64,000 nucleotides of DNA from Utricularia gibba (Eukaryota > Plantae > Magnoliophyta). This document shows, one piece after another, positions 24,934-36,800 of this stretch. The notes beneath the pieces are model-generated. The model was not told the origin of the DNA. It made no database searches and was given only the letters and a program-made list of their open reading frames with translations. The position numbers and the translations under genes were made by a program. Position 1 is the stretch's first letter; every line of letters begins with the position of its first letter. The stretch covers positions 5,828,001-5,892,000 of the forward strand of contig CM007989.1 in NCBI GenBank assembly GCA_002189035.1. Direction: 5' to 3'.

Positions 24934-25680
24934 TGTCTAGAGTGATGGGATTGAAGGAGTCAAGCGTTAGTTTTCTGTTTTGTTTGAATCTTGCACCATC
25001 TCTTAGCATGAGTCATTTCTTTCAGTGAGTCAGTTGTAGTGTCTATTTAAACCCTTTGCATGGATCAATAAACATCCAAGTTTTTATTGTCTATTACTTT
25101 CTCTTGTTTGTTTCCAACAATTGGTATAAGAGTAGGTTCAATGATCAGGAAGTAACTAATGGTGACGGATAGCAATGGTGGATCATGCAGTTGGCAATTC
25201 CAAAATTTGATGGCTATTATGAGTATTGGGCAGACCTAATTGAAAATGAAGTTCTAGCTGTTCCAAGAGCAAGTTCGACAACAGAGCAGAAAAAGGAGTA
25301 TGAAGGAAAGAAATTGAAGGATCTAAAGGGGAAAGATTATCTCTTCCAAGCCATTGATAGGAGCTATATGGATACGATACTCAATAAAGCCACATTCAAA
25401 TACATTTGGGATACCATGATCAAATGGTTTGCAGGAAATGCTAGAGTCAAATGACCTCATCTTCAGATTCTTCATCAAGAATTTGAGACTCTTGAGATGC
25501 GTGATGATTAAGGCATCACTAAGCATTTTGGACGGATATTGACAATAGCTGGAAAGATGAGAGCCAATGGAAAAATAATGGAAGATACTAAAGTAGTAGA
25601 AAAGATCTTGAGATCATTAAGGGATGAATATAACTTTGTAGTTTGCTCCATTGAAGTCCAAAGATTTGGATTCCATGATT
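24934..25680 (+). mobile_element. Ty1/copia 5' fragment (short LTR, Met PBS, gag pseudogene)
   Basis: ...CCAACA end at 25119, PBS TGGTATAAGAG 25122-25132, gag UBN2-like KDLKGKDYLFQAID...EFETLEM...KVVEKILRSL with stops. LTR start uncertain. Confidence 0.85.
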
Positions 25681-26189
25681 ACAGATGAGTTCCCATTTTT
25701 AAGATATCTTATTCTCTCATGTTAGCATTCACATAATTCGCCTATTTCTTATTACTCCAATATAGACGATACTTATCATCTCACAGCCATTGGCACATAA
25801 TCTCATCCCCCAAGGAGTTTTCTAGTAATTAAAGGCATAACTTCGTTTGTAGTCACAACCCTTATATCCTCATCTCCTATAATTCAAATTAGGAGGTTCT
25901 CTTATGAGTGGGCTCATGCAAAATCCTTCAACTCATCCTCATGAAGCGGTCCTTAGAAGGGATTATAGCTTGTGTGCTCTCGAATGAGGTGATTCCCTTT
26001 ATTTGTAGTGCCCAACGGGGAGTTTTATATCCCTCTTCACCCAACAATGTCAAAGGATCATATTTATTCCTTTGTGTGTGCCTTCATGTGGTAGTGAGTC
26101 TATGATAGTTCTCAGATTTGCCATTAATTAATTTAACACCAAACATTAAATATTAGTGGAACATATGAATACATCATTACTTGGAGGTA

Positions 26190-27110
26190 TAGGGCTTCTA
26201 GTCATTTTTTTGATGAGATAACTAGTGTTGGCCATTTTATCAAAATAACTGTCAGAATTTTTTTATCCAAATACCTGTTAATTCTTTTTGTTTACTAAAA
26301 TACCTGTATTTCCTTATATTCTTGTTAAAATACCTGTGGTTTGTTAAAATTTGTTTTTGATAAATTCATTGCTATTGAAAATGCATTTAGTTCTTTATTT
26401 TTATGTTTATATCACGGATGATTATAATATGCTCTCACTAGATATCAATATTTATAATAAATGTGTTTTCAATAAATAAAGTTTTATTTCAAAGATAAAT
26501 ATATTTAAATTTTATTAATCTCTACAACCACTTGCATATCATAAAAAAATGATTTTATGATTTTTGTATTATTGGATAATTAGATATTAGAAAATAGAAA
26601 ATAATCATGTAAAAATCGAGCAAATTTAGAAGGAAAAAGCAATGCGATTTTCTTAATTAAACGAATTAAGAAAAAAATGAAATAAAATTACATTAGATTT
26701 ATATAATAGTAGAAGATATTACATAAACTGATTTATTTTTTCCTTAATCTCACAATTAGGTAAACTTAAAAAAACGAAAGGTATTTTATAAACACAATCA
26801 TTTAAGGATTTGTTTGGTTTATTTAATTGATATATTTTCAAGTGAGATGGAATTAAAATATTTAATTAAAAATGTGAAACAAATATTAACAGTTATAAAA
26901 ACAATAACTTCAACAAAACACAAAAATAACGTAAATGCACCTCAACAAAATACAAATAAAACTGGTATTAAAACAATAGTTTTAAAATAACAGGTATTTT
27001 TAAAATAAAAATAGAAATCACAGGTATTTTGATAAAAGTAAGTAAAATACAGGTATTTTAAAGAAAGAAAAAAAGCTGACACAGGTATATCACTAAATTA
27101 CTGTGAAAAA
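26190..27110. mobile_element. Non-autonomous fold-back (MULE-like) element with inverted subterminal repeat arrays
   Basis: AAATACCTGT at 26269, 26298, 26328 (degenerate copy at 26243); reverse complement ACAGGTATTT at 26990, 27020, 27049 (degenerate at 26961, 27081). AT-rich core. Exact ends and TSD not resolved. Confidence 0.7.
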
Positions 27111-27465
27111 AAATGTATTTACGGTTGGAGTGAGAGCTGTATTTAAGGAACCGGCGCGTCGTGATTAGGTTGGCTAGCGAGGGGAATCTCGCTCCGTGTT
27201 TCCCTCGGAGCAAATTCCTCTTTCAACTCTCATCCTCAACCCTCTGATCTTGAATTGGATAAACCGTTTCCTCTTTGAATTTTTTCTTCAGGATCACTTA
27301 TTCTCAGAACATTGCCTGATGACCTCTCCTCAGCTTCCTAACTCCCGCTCTAACAGAGAACGGTGTCTATTGGCCTAGGTGCCATCTCTCAAACCTGTGA
27401 TGAAGCTCCCGGTTTGAACACAAATTTTCCGGCGTTTCCATTGGTATATTGATTGGCGTTATACT

Positions 27466-30400
27466 ATGATGGCTGTTGTTCTGAGGTCGAATTCTTCGAG
27501 GGATGTAGCATCGGGAGCTGTTTCAAAGTTGAGATTCTTTATGCAGAACAATAACCGCGTTGGGAGCATTAGAAGATGGAGATCCGTTCTTGATTATGGC
27601 ATTAACCACTTAAATCCTAGTTTCCCATCTCATTTGCGCTTCAATTTCAGCCCAATGAAGCCTCTTTCTGTTCGGGGGGAGCATACTGACAATGCTGCGA
27701 CCTTTTTGAAATTCGTTAGGAGCAAAACGAGAACTGTGAATGCTAACTCTAAGGGAGATCCTCCTGAAATTTGGCACCCTCCTGCCGCTGGAGCTGATGG
27801 AATTATTGTGAGACCAGGGGTCAAGTTTATTCAGGTTTCTGATAATGATGCGTCGATGGGAGGCCGAAAGGAAGGAGCTTGGGGTGGCTCCAATCTTGGG
27901 AATAACCTTCCAACTCCGAAGGAGTTATGCAAAAGACTTGATGAATACGTAATTGGGCAGGAGAGAGCTAAAAAGGTTTATAGTTATGCGTTTGATGAAT
28001 TTTGGATGATACGGGGTGGAATAAACTTGTTTTTTTAATGATCACAGGTTCTTTCTGTAGCTGTTTATAATCATTATAAAAGAATATATTGCGATTCTTT
28101 GAGGGGGTGAGCATTTTTTTTCACGTTTAGGCAAGCTTTTCTGAAATCTGTATGTCGATAATTGGCTATGCACATTTCACTTATTCAGTTTATAGACATC
28201 AGTGTGATTTGAGTTTCCTAGTTCTTTTCTCAAAAAAAAAAGTGAAAAATATAAAACCTTCTCTTTCTATCCTCTTCCCAATGGGTTGTCGAAGTGAATT
28301 TCACTGTCTTGTTTGTGTTTTATGACATTTGATGTTAGTTCTTTTGAAACTTGAAAGCTAGGTCTGTGGGTAGTACAGATTGCATGGAATATGAGCATGT
28401 CGAACTAGAGAAAAGTAACATTCTTTTGATGGGACCCACGGGTTCAGGTAACTACAGAAATTCTGACTTGTGTGTTTTCTGTATTTTTTTATATCTAAAT
28501 CGGGTTCATATCTAGAAAGCGGAAGGATGTGAGACGATTATGCCTTGACAGACGATCTGTTTCGTAGTTAACTGATGTTGTTTGTTCTTCCTTTTTCAAG
28601 AAAATCCATATCGCAACATTGTTGATCTCTTAATCTTTTTTCATGGACAGGAAAAACACTACTTGCTAAGACTTTGGCACGGCTGGTAAACGTACCATTT
28701 GTGATTACTGATGCAACTACGCTGACTCAGGCAAGTTGAACCTGTAATGATTGTGTTCTGATGTTTTTCTATTTCAACATTTTTTTTGATTGTTATGCTC
28801 TTCAAATGTGGCTTATTCTTTTACAGTCAGGGAAGTTTTGATGTTGTTAATGAACAATGTTATGCATCACTCGTTGAATTTAGATGCTAAAACACAGCCA
28901 AAGAATGGGTTTGATTGACTGTTGGATTTTCAGGCAGGTTATGTTGGGGAGGACGTTGAATCCATTTTACACAAGCTTCTCTCGGTAAAATATTTATACT
29001 AATTTGAAGATAAAAATTTTTTCAAATTCTTTTATGTAGGTAATCACAATGAAACGTTTGATTATTTCCTCCAACTGGCAAGTTTGTATATAATAAAATA
29101 ACATGTTTTTTTTTGTTTTACTTACAGGTTGCAGAATACAATGTTCAAGCAGCTCAGCAAGGAATAGTTTATATTGACGAAGTTGACAAGATCACTAGAA
29201 AGGTATCCGTAATGAGTTGCTGAAACATTGTTTTCATTACTAGTTTCTCATGAAACTTCATTTTTATACACAGGTGGAGAATATGAGCATTAGCAGAGAT
29301 GTCTCTGGAGAAGGTGTTCAACAAGCTCTACTAAAAATACTTGAGGGGACTGTAAGCTCTTCATTGATATTCATGGGATCGTTGTATTGTGATCATTCCT
29401 TTTTTTTAGATGACCAAGGAAATATTGTGAGTACCGGGTTTTAGACCCAAATGTTTCCATGACAATTAACAGCTTTATTGAGCTTATTCTTATTGTTATG
29501 AAGAAGCTTTAAAAAGTTAATTATTTAGGAGTTAGAGGTTTGTTTGCTGTTAATACCTTGCATCTGTAGTGGTTCCTATTGGAATTCAATCGTTCTTAGT
29601 TTACGTCATGATTCGATTTCATAAAAAAACTACATGACTTTACTCACCTAAAAACTGTTATTTGCACTTTTTTTGTTGGCACTACAGGTGGTTAATGTTC
29701 CAGAGAAGGGTACACGGAAGCATCCTCGAGGAGACAATATTCAGGTAATATTCTTTCAATTGTTGTGAAATAGCAGCTTCTTGCTCTCTTTGTTTCTTGT
29801 TATCTGGTGCAATCTTGGGCGTTGGTCATATGAGTCGATTAGTCGGCCAATATCATTTGTATATAAGGGCTGTTTAGTGATATGGTTCAATAGCTGTTTA
29901 GCTTTTATTTCAGCTTCCTTTGACTGTATAATTTGATCCATTTGACTGTCCACCTTTCATCAACTCCAATATTTGTGCCAATTTTTAATACTAGGGACCG
30001 TGGTAAACAAACTCTTTTGTGTTTTCATACCCGAGCAGTTTGACACAAAGGACATTCTATTCATCTGTGGGGGTGCCTTTATTGACCTGGAAAAGACCAT
30101 ATCCGAAAGGTCCTAAGTTAACCCAAATGAAGAATTATTGTATGGTGTTCATGCATTTACATACTTCTAAACTTCTGTAGTTGCTCCCAGACGCCATGAT
30201 TCGTCAATAGGCTTTGGTGCTCCAGTACGCGCAAAAATGAGAGCCGCAGGAATAGTTAATGCTGCAGTTACATCATCCTTGCTGGAAACTGTGAGTTTTT
30301 TATTTGTTTGCCTTCTACAGAAATTAATTGAATTCAATATTGAACAAAGCTGCCTGAGACATCCTTTTCAGGTTGAAAGCAGTGATCTAATCGCATATGG

Positions 30401-31267
30401 ACTGATTCCTGAGTTTGTTGGTCGATTTCCTGTTCTTGTTAACTTATTAGCACTAACCGAGGATCAGCTAGTTCAGGTTACATTTGTGATGTTCCTCAAT
30501 TCCCAAATCCAGTGGAGCTATTGACTTGAAACCCTATTTTCTTTATCCGATTTGGCTTAACAGTGGAGTTAATATATTGTTAGGTTCTTACCGAGCCCAA
30601 AAGTGCATTGGGGAAACAATACAAAAAATTGTTCCAAATGAATGAGGCAAGTTTCCATGTCTTCCAACTAGCTGATTAATATTTTTTAGGTGATGAATGA
30701 GGCAGGTTTTCATGTCTTCCCACTGGTTGATTAATATTTTGACTTGTTGACATTTTAGCCTCGTATCTCAGGTGAAGTTACATTTTACCAAAGAGGCACT
30801 GCAATTGATAGCTCGAAAAACAATAACAAAGAACACTGGTGCTCGTGGTCTACGGGCAATGTTGGAAAGCATCTTAATGGATGCTATGTATGAGGTATCT
30901 AATCAGTTCCTTCTCGACTGGAAGTTCCATTTTCTCTTCCTCGGATTCACGATTTCTTCCATCAGATTCCTGATATCAGAACCGGAGATAACATCATAGA
31001 TGCAGTTGTTGTCGATAAGGAGTCTGTCGTCTCAGATGAATGTGGATGCGGGGCAAAAATCCTCCATGGCAAGGGTGCTTTAAAACGCTACCTTGCACAG
31101 CAGAAACGGAAGGATGCGAAGGTATGTCTCTGGATACAATCTTATGCTGTTTTGATGTGTGTTCGTAGCTGTATTTGCAGCAAGCCTTGTTTCTCTAGGT
31201 ATCATCTGAAGGGTTCGATGGGGAACAAGATGTAGAACGTGAGCTCCCTTCGATTGTTGCATTGTGA
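27466..31267 (+). CDS. CLPX: Mitochondrial-type ATP-dependent Clp protease ATP-binding subunit CLPX, 560 aa
   Basis: 15 exons: 27466-27975, 28048-28106, 28362-28447, 28651-28730, 28934-28984, 29128-29202, 29274-29351, 29688-29744, 30039-30109, 30191-30290, 30372-30476, 30584-30646, 30772-30894, 30966-31121, 31199-31267 (1683 nt). Walker A GPTGSGKT, Walker [27 protein letters not shown]; basic Ser/Arg-rich presequence. Confidence 0.96.
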
Positions 31268-32527
31268 ACTCTGGACTGCTTTCCAAGTGTACAGAGGTAT
31301 GATAAAGATACGGACCTAATTATTGAACATGTGCTTTGCAAAGAAATGAAAAATCATTGTAGAGTTGCCATTACTCTACGATGGATGTGTTAAAGGTGCT
31401 GTGGAAGAGTCATTAACATATTTATCTTCTTGTGTCTCAATGTCTTTCTAGTGCCTCTGCACCCGTAAATGAACTCGTGGCACCGCATACTCATTTTTGC
31501 AGTTAATCTTTTTTAAGCAAAAACAATTTTCACCATCAAAATATAAATGTTCGGTTAATATAATTGAAGATGACATATGATACATATTGCTGCACTTAAA
31601 GATAGATATTAGCAATAGATTCCACAACCATTCGTGAATTGCTATTTTACACTAACCCATTCAATCCTATAGGTAATGCCGTTGTATTTGTTAGTTGATA
31701 TTGATGTATTTTGTCTCAATTTCTTATAGTATTCCTCTAAGTCTCGAGGAGACACTTCATGCCCCCAATGAGCAAGGTTTTGCTAGTAAAGTCGGAGGAA
31801 AGTGTCTACTGCAAGATGAGGCTGTATTCAATGAGTGAAAAGGAGATTAAGTGATAAGGTTTGTTTTACGTTGCCCAATGAGATGGATCTTCCAGTGTTC
31901 ACTATGCCATTGGGTTAGAAATCAACATTGGGCTATCTTCTATGTATAGTCTAATGGGAGTTAAATGGACCTTCCAGCAAATAGGGAAATGTATCACGAG
32001 GGATGCGATCAAAATAATACAACGAAAAGGGAAAGTTTCATCTTGTCACCTAAAAAACACGATCACCTAAAACCCATACCATTTGATGGCTTCGAGAAAT
32101 GCAACTTGTCCCTCCATTGAATTTCTCTTTAGGGAGCTAAGACTACAAACTCAACGGTTGAGTTCTTGATAATTTTTTATGTTGTTGGAGCATAGGAGCA
32201 TGGACTATTCAAGTAGAGTTGGGTACAAGCCAGAGTACGAGTCCGACTTGTCGAGTCAAAAATTAATTAGTTGACTCAGCGGGTCAAACCCGTGCAAGTT
32301 AAGTCCTTGACTTGCCTCGCACTCGGGTTGATATGTTGGATTGGACCCATGGGTTTAACTTTTTATTATTCTTTTAACATATTTTTTTTTCATTTTTGGT
32401 ATTTTATATATATAGATGATATCTGGATGAATAAATGGGATTAGAGCTCAAGCCACCCACTTAGATGTATGACCCTTCAAGAGAAAAAACTTGAAGGGGA
32501 TGATGGACTCATTAGTCAGGGACATGT

Positions 32528-32717
32528 TGTAAGGTTAGAGGTGTTATGATGGTTACATATCCCACATTGGTTATGAACGAGGGAGGGAATTTGATTTAAT
32601 GTAGAAACTCTTCTAATTTTATATGAGGCATTTTTCCTAGAAGTGGAGAACATAAAACCGTAAGAATTGGGTGTTCGAAGCAGATAATATCGTGCAAGAC
32701 GAGTATAGATCGTGACA
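32528..32717. mobile_element. TRIM-type solo LTR, 190 bp, TSD CATGT
   Basis: TG...CA ends; CATGT at 32523-32527 and 32718-32722; TRIM-LTR-like motifs CCCACATTGG, AAAACCGT, GATAATATC, CGTGACA. Confidence 0.8.
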
Positions 32718-32758
32718 CATGTTATAGTGAGAGAAAAATCATGGTGTGCTATAGCTAT

Positions 32759-32845
32759 GAGCTTAGGAGCTCGGTATCCAAGTGCTCTCATGTTCAGAAT
32801 CTGCTCACCAATGTCTGTTGGGGTCATCAGAGTTTGGTGTATGAA
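32759..32845 (-). pseudogene. Isolated fragment of an LRR receptor-like kinase domain (SIRK1/GHR1 type)
   Basis: FIHQTLMTPTDIGEQILNMRALGYRAPKL matches the recalled SIRK1-type segment CIHRLMTPSGVAEQILNMSALGYSAPEL. No flanking kinase sequence. Confidence 0.7.
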
Positions 32846-34872
32846 ACTAAGAACAAGTGAGCTTCTCTAACAACATCATAAGAAACCTTACCGATATAAC
32901 TCAGTTATCCTTTGAGAGCAAACCAAAAGGATGAGTTCTCAATTCCTTATTTATTTTGACATGAGATCTCGGCTGATTTTTTTAGGTACATCAAACATGT
33001 AGTGAAACATAAATAGCAGACATTATACAGGTAACCAAATAGAAGATATGCTCAATAACTCACAGTAGAAGGTGGAGTTCAAAAAAATTTTTTTTTGATA
33101 AATTACATGAATCATTTGAAGTTTTCATAACTCTTAGTGGCCATCTACATCATCTTCCTATTCTTTGTTGATGGTTAAATTATGTACTCTTTAATCAACA
33201 TGTAACCAATCCCTCAAACATACGCATGCTTCCAATGTCTTTGGAGCCAAGTAAGATCTTTTCGATGTTAGAACTCGATCACTTGCACTAAATGCACTTT
33301 CCAATGCTATCGTGGATGTTGGGAATGTGAGCACACCTCTTGCAACTTGTGCCAAAATTAGGTAATGAGAAGATTGAGTCTTCCACCAACATAAAAGATT
33401 AAAGTTGTCTCCCTTGTTCCCATGGAGCTTATGCATTGCATTATGCAATGCAACTTCACTTACTTTTGATGTTGTATTATTAGTAGTCGAAATCTGGACT
33501 AATGAGTAACAATCATCTGTAGTTTCTACTGCAACACTATCTTCCCCTTAGGATGCAGATTGGAGATTACTGAGTTCAACATCATAAAAATCATATAAAT
33601 GTTCTAGTACACATATCACATAATTATAAATAGATGTTGCATTTTAAAAAAATACCATCAAGTTGAAAAGAATTGTAAAAATCACAAAATTTTCAGACTA
33701 GCAAGTGATCCAAAACCTTTAATTTTAGGATCAAGTATGTTTGCAACAAGAATTAGAGTTGGAATGAGATCTATAATACTTCAAAAATTTTGAAATCATT
33801 TTAAAAATGAAATCTTTAAAGAAATCAATGCTGCTATGTTTTTTAAACAATGTAATTTGAATTAGAACAGTTAACTTCAAATACATAGTAGTATAATACA
33901 CTCCTCTAAAAAAACATAATATAAAAATAAAAAATAAATAAATAGTCAATCAAAATATCAAAATTTTCAAAATCTGTTTTAACTAACTTGCAATTTAATT
34001 CGAGAAACAAATTAAGAAATATTAAATAAAATTCCATTAGTTTCACATAAGCGTTTAAATTCATTTTTTTCATACTAGAAATTTTCAAAATATTAACTAA
34101 CTTTTGTAAAGAAGCATGTAAACTAGAAATGCAATCAAATTCTAAAGCGTCGTCAACACATAATTTGGAATATGGCAAATGCATCTTGCATGAAAAAAGG
34201 CAACATCTAACATATGACTCATGAATATTCTTAAAATTCTAATAGCACTCGAATTATTTGAAGCATTATCTAAAATAATTGAAAATACGACCATGTGTCA
34301 TATACTCATGGAAAATATTAGAAATAAATATGACAATGTGCGCACTTTTGTGTGGAGGTTCGTAAGATCGAAATGCTAAAAATTCTCTTTTGCATTGTCC
34401 ATGTGTTATCTACCCATGAAATAATAATAACAACATAATCATCTCCATTTATTCCACGCCATTCATCACAAGTTAAACCAATTTTTTCTTTTCAAATTGT
34501 TCTAATATAATAGAAACAGTCTTTCTTCTGGAAAATGGAACAAAATATGGTTGCAAATGAGAAGTAATAAATTTTGTAAAATATGAATTTCCTACTTTAC
34601 TAAAAAAATTTTCACATGAAATTAAGTAATGTACTAACTCAATTTGAGAAAATTTTATATCAAAAATAAGTTTAGCACTAATATTATCACTAACAACATC
34701 CAATTTAGATTGTTTACAAATTGTAATTTGAGTTTTTATTTTATTAAGAATTTGGTTTCATGACCATGTTTATGTAATCTACACCTATTAGAATAGGATA
34801 GGCTATATTACCCATGCCCTTATTAGCACACATATGAGTTATTTAAATATTTACATGAGTCTCACAGTCTAA

Positions 34873-36012
34873 TGATGGTGATTCTGCAAGTGTACAGAAA
34901 TCGTCGAAGTAATAAAATAAGATCATATCCACAGAGAATTGTTATTGGAATTTTCTTTTCAAACAAAGACTGAAAAAAGAACGAAAACAAAAGAAAGATT
35001 TGGTTTTAAAAACAATAAGAAAATTGGCTTTGGATCCAGAATTCACCTTGCTTAAAACTCGCCTAAACTTGTGTGTATAAACCTTGAAAACTGACCTGCT
35101 TGCGCAAGCTCTCGGGGTGTTATTCTAAAGTAGTGCTACTCGGTGACCGTTATAGCACCGTCCCTTGTTTTGTGGGATTATGGAATCAACCACGTCACCT
35201 GAGCCATTTCACCTCTTGTGATAACCCATGTTTTCTCCACACCCAAATCTAACCCTTACACCTCACACCTTGCAGACAGATTAAACAGAATGTGCCTTAC
35301 CAACGATATCCGATTGAGCCCTTCTCCTTAGGTGCTTGAGGCCAACCTTTGATTCTCTCATACTCCCTTCAGGTTATGTGATACTAAAGAGCACGTTGGT
35401 AAAGAAAATGTCGCGAAAAATAGAATCAAACCTCAATTTAAATGTCGAAAAACATAGTAAAACAGTCACACGCGCAAGACTTGCGCAAGCAAGGCTTCAC
35501 CGCAGATCCTCAGCCGCAAGCACCTACACGCGCAGACTTGACTCTAACATGAAAATAGACACGAAAATAGGAAATGTACAAAGGAAAAGTGGTCAAAGAC
35601 GTCTCCAATGGTTGAGAGGGTGGGGTATTTATAGGAGAGTAGATCCAAGTTTTCGTATTGAACTTATTCGGTGGGCTTGGATAAGATTTTCTATCCAAAT
35701 TTTTGAAGGTCTTCTTCATATCTTTATCTTATCCACGAATCTTGGACTAAATCTTTATCGTTTGACCTAGTCTTGGACTGAGATTCGTGGCCCATCAAGT
35801 CCATAATTTGGTGGGTCTTGATTTCTCTTCAAATTGATCCAAAAGTACCCTAAAAAATCCACAAAATACACTTTCTCTCCAAAAAGATCAAAGTAGTGTG
35901 AAAGATGCAAAATCAATTGAGAATAATGAGAAAGTGGGGTCTAAGATAAATAAAAACAACACTCAAGAGTTGTAGAAGAACATGTTTTGGAACGATACAA
36001 AATCACTTATCA
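34873..36012 (-). mobile_element. Athila-type solo LTR, 1140 bp, TSD TCTAA
   Basis: TG...CA ends; TCTAA at 34868-34872 and 36013-36017; minus-strand start TGATAAGTG; Athila-like CTGCAAGTGTACAG...ATCCACAGAGA end on +. Confidence 0.88.
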
Positions 36013-36399
36013 TCTAACATAAACACAAGTCCTCTCCCTTAGTTAAGGGTGTTGGTCTATTTTATTTTCAGTTATATTTTTAGTTTTATAAAATATTTTT
36101 ATTTTTAACTTCTGGAGAAGTAAAAATAGAATATAGAAATTTTTAAAAGAGAGCTTAAATAAAAATAGAATGAATTTTAAATGTTTAAATAAAAAATGTT
36201 AATTATTTCATAATTAAAGAATGTTAATAAGTCACCATTATGAGAAAAATAGAAACCTTGAGGAAATATGAAGTTTTGGTTAGATTTTTTAGATCACTAA
36301 ACCTAGTAGTTAACATAAATAAATGATGAATATAAATATAGCATAATAGAAATACAAAAGGAAAACCAACTACGCTAACTAGCCTACTTATAGGGGAGC

Positions 36400-36800
36400 A
36401 TCCCTTTGATTGAATATCAGTCCCAATTGATTCAAGAGACGACAGAGTATGTAGGATGTGATTCTTGAGCCACATGATACAACTAGCATCACATTTGATA
36501 GTTAAGAACAACTCTACATTGATCAATCTTGTAAACAAAGGCATTCCAGTGCACCATAATGCATCACTCTCATTGATCCTTAGTCAACTCAAAAATCTCA
36601 ACATACTTCACAATACTAAAGTGATAAAGTTAACACGACGTGTATTAGCATCGACAATTCACTTCATGGACTTTGCAATTAAGTCATTGTGGCAATACTA
36701 AAATCGATCTACAACTCTCGATGATGTGTTCCATAAAGGGTTGATGCATGATCAAATTTCTTGGCATTCAAATTCTACAATAAAGTCACTAATAAGATCA
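36400..36800 (-). mobile_element. CACTA (Tnp2-like) transposase remnant
   Basis: PLFTRLINVELFLTIKCDASCIMW followed by an HP motif, resembling the Tnp2 P.IPRL.RL...A..MRWH...RHP.D segment. Very decayed. Confidence 0.45.

Larger units (their letters stand above)
32214..34740 (-). mobile_element. Degenerate hAT DNA transposon
   Basis: hATC dimerisation domain LLCWWK...LAQVARGVLTFPTST..ESAFS...LAPKTLEACVCLRDW (33191-33448). N-terminal remnant LQPYFVPFSRRKT near 34500-34700. TIR-like TAGAGTTGGGTA and GC-rich subterminal repeats at 32214-32360. Boundaries approximate. Confidence 0.75.

Noticed and set aside
30690-30701. 12-nt micro-exon (VMNE) in CLPX intron 12
   Set aside because: The upstream intron would be only 43 nt, below the usual plant minimum; it is explained by the tandem duplication.
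32500-32835. C/D-box snoRNA-like TGATGA...CTGA pattern on the minus strand
   Set aside because: The same bases translate to a convincing kinase segment; no terminal stem or rRNA-complementary guide is evident.
34809-34830. TACCCATGCCCTTA as the right TIR of the hAT element
   Set aside because: Only a loose match to TAGAGTTGGGTA, and the candidate 8-bp TSDs agree at about 4/8.
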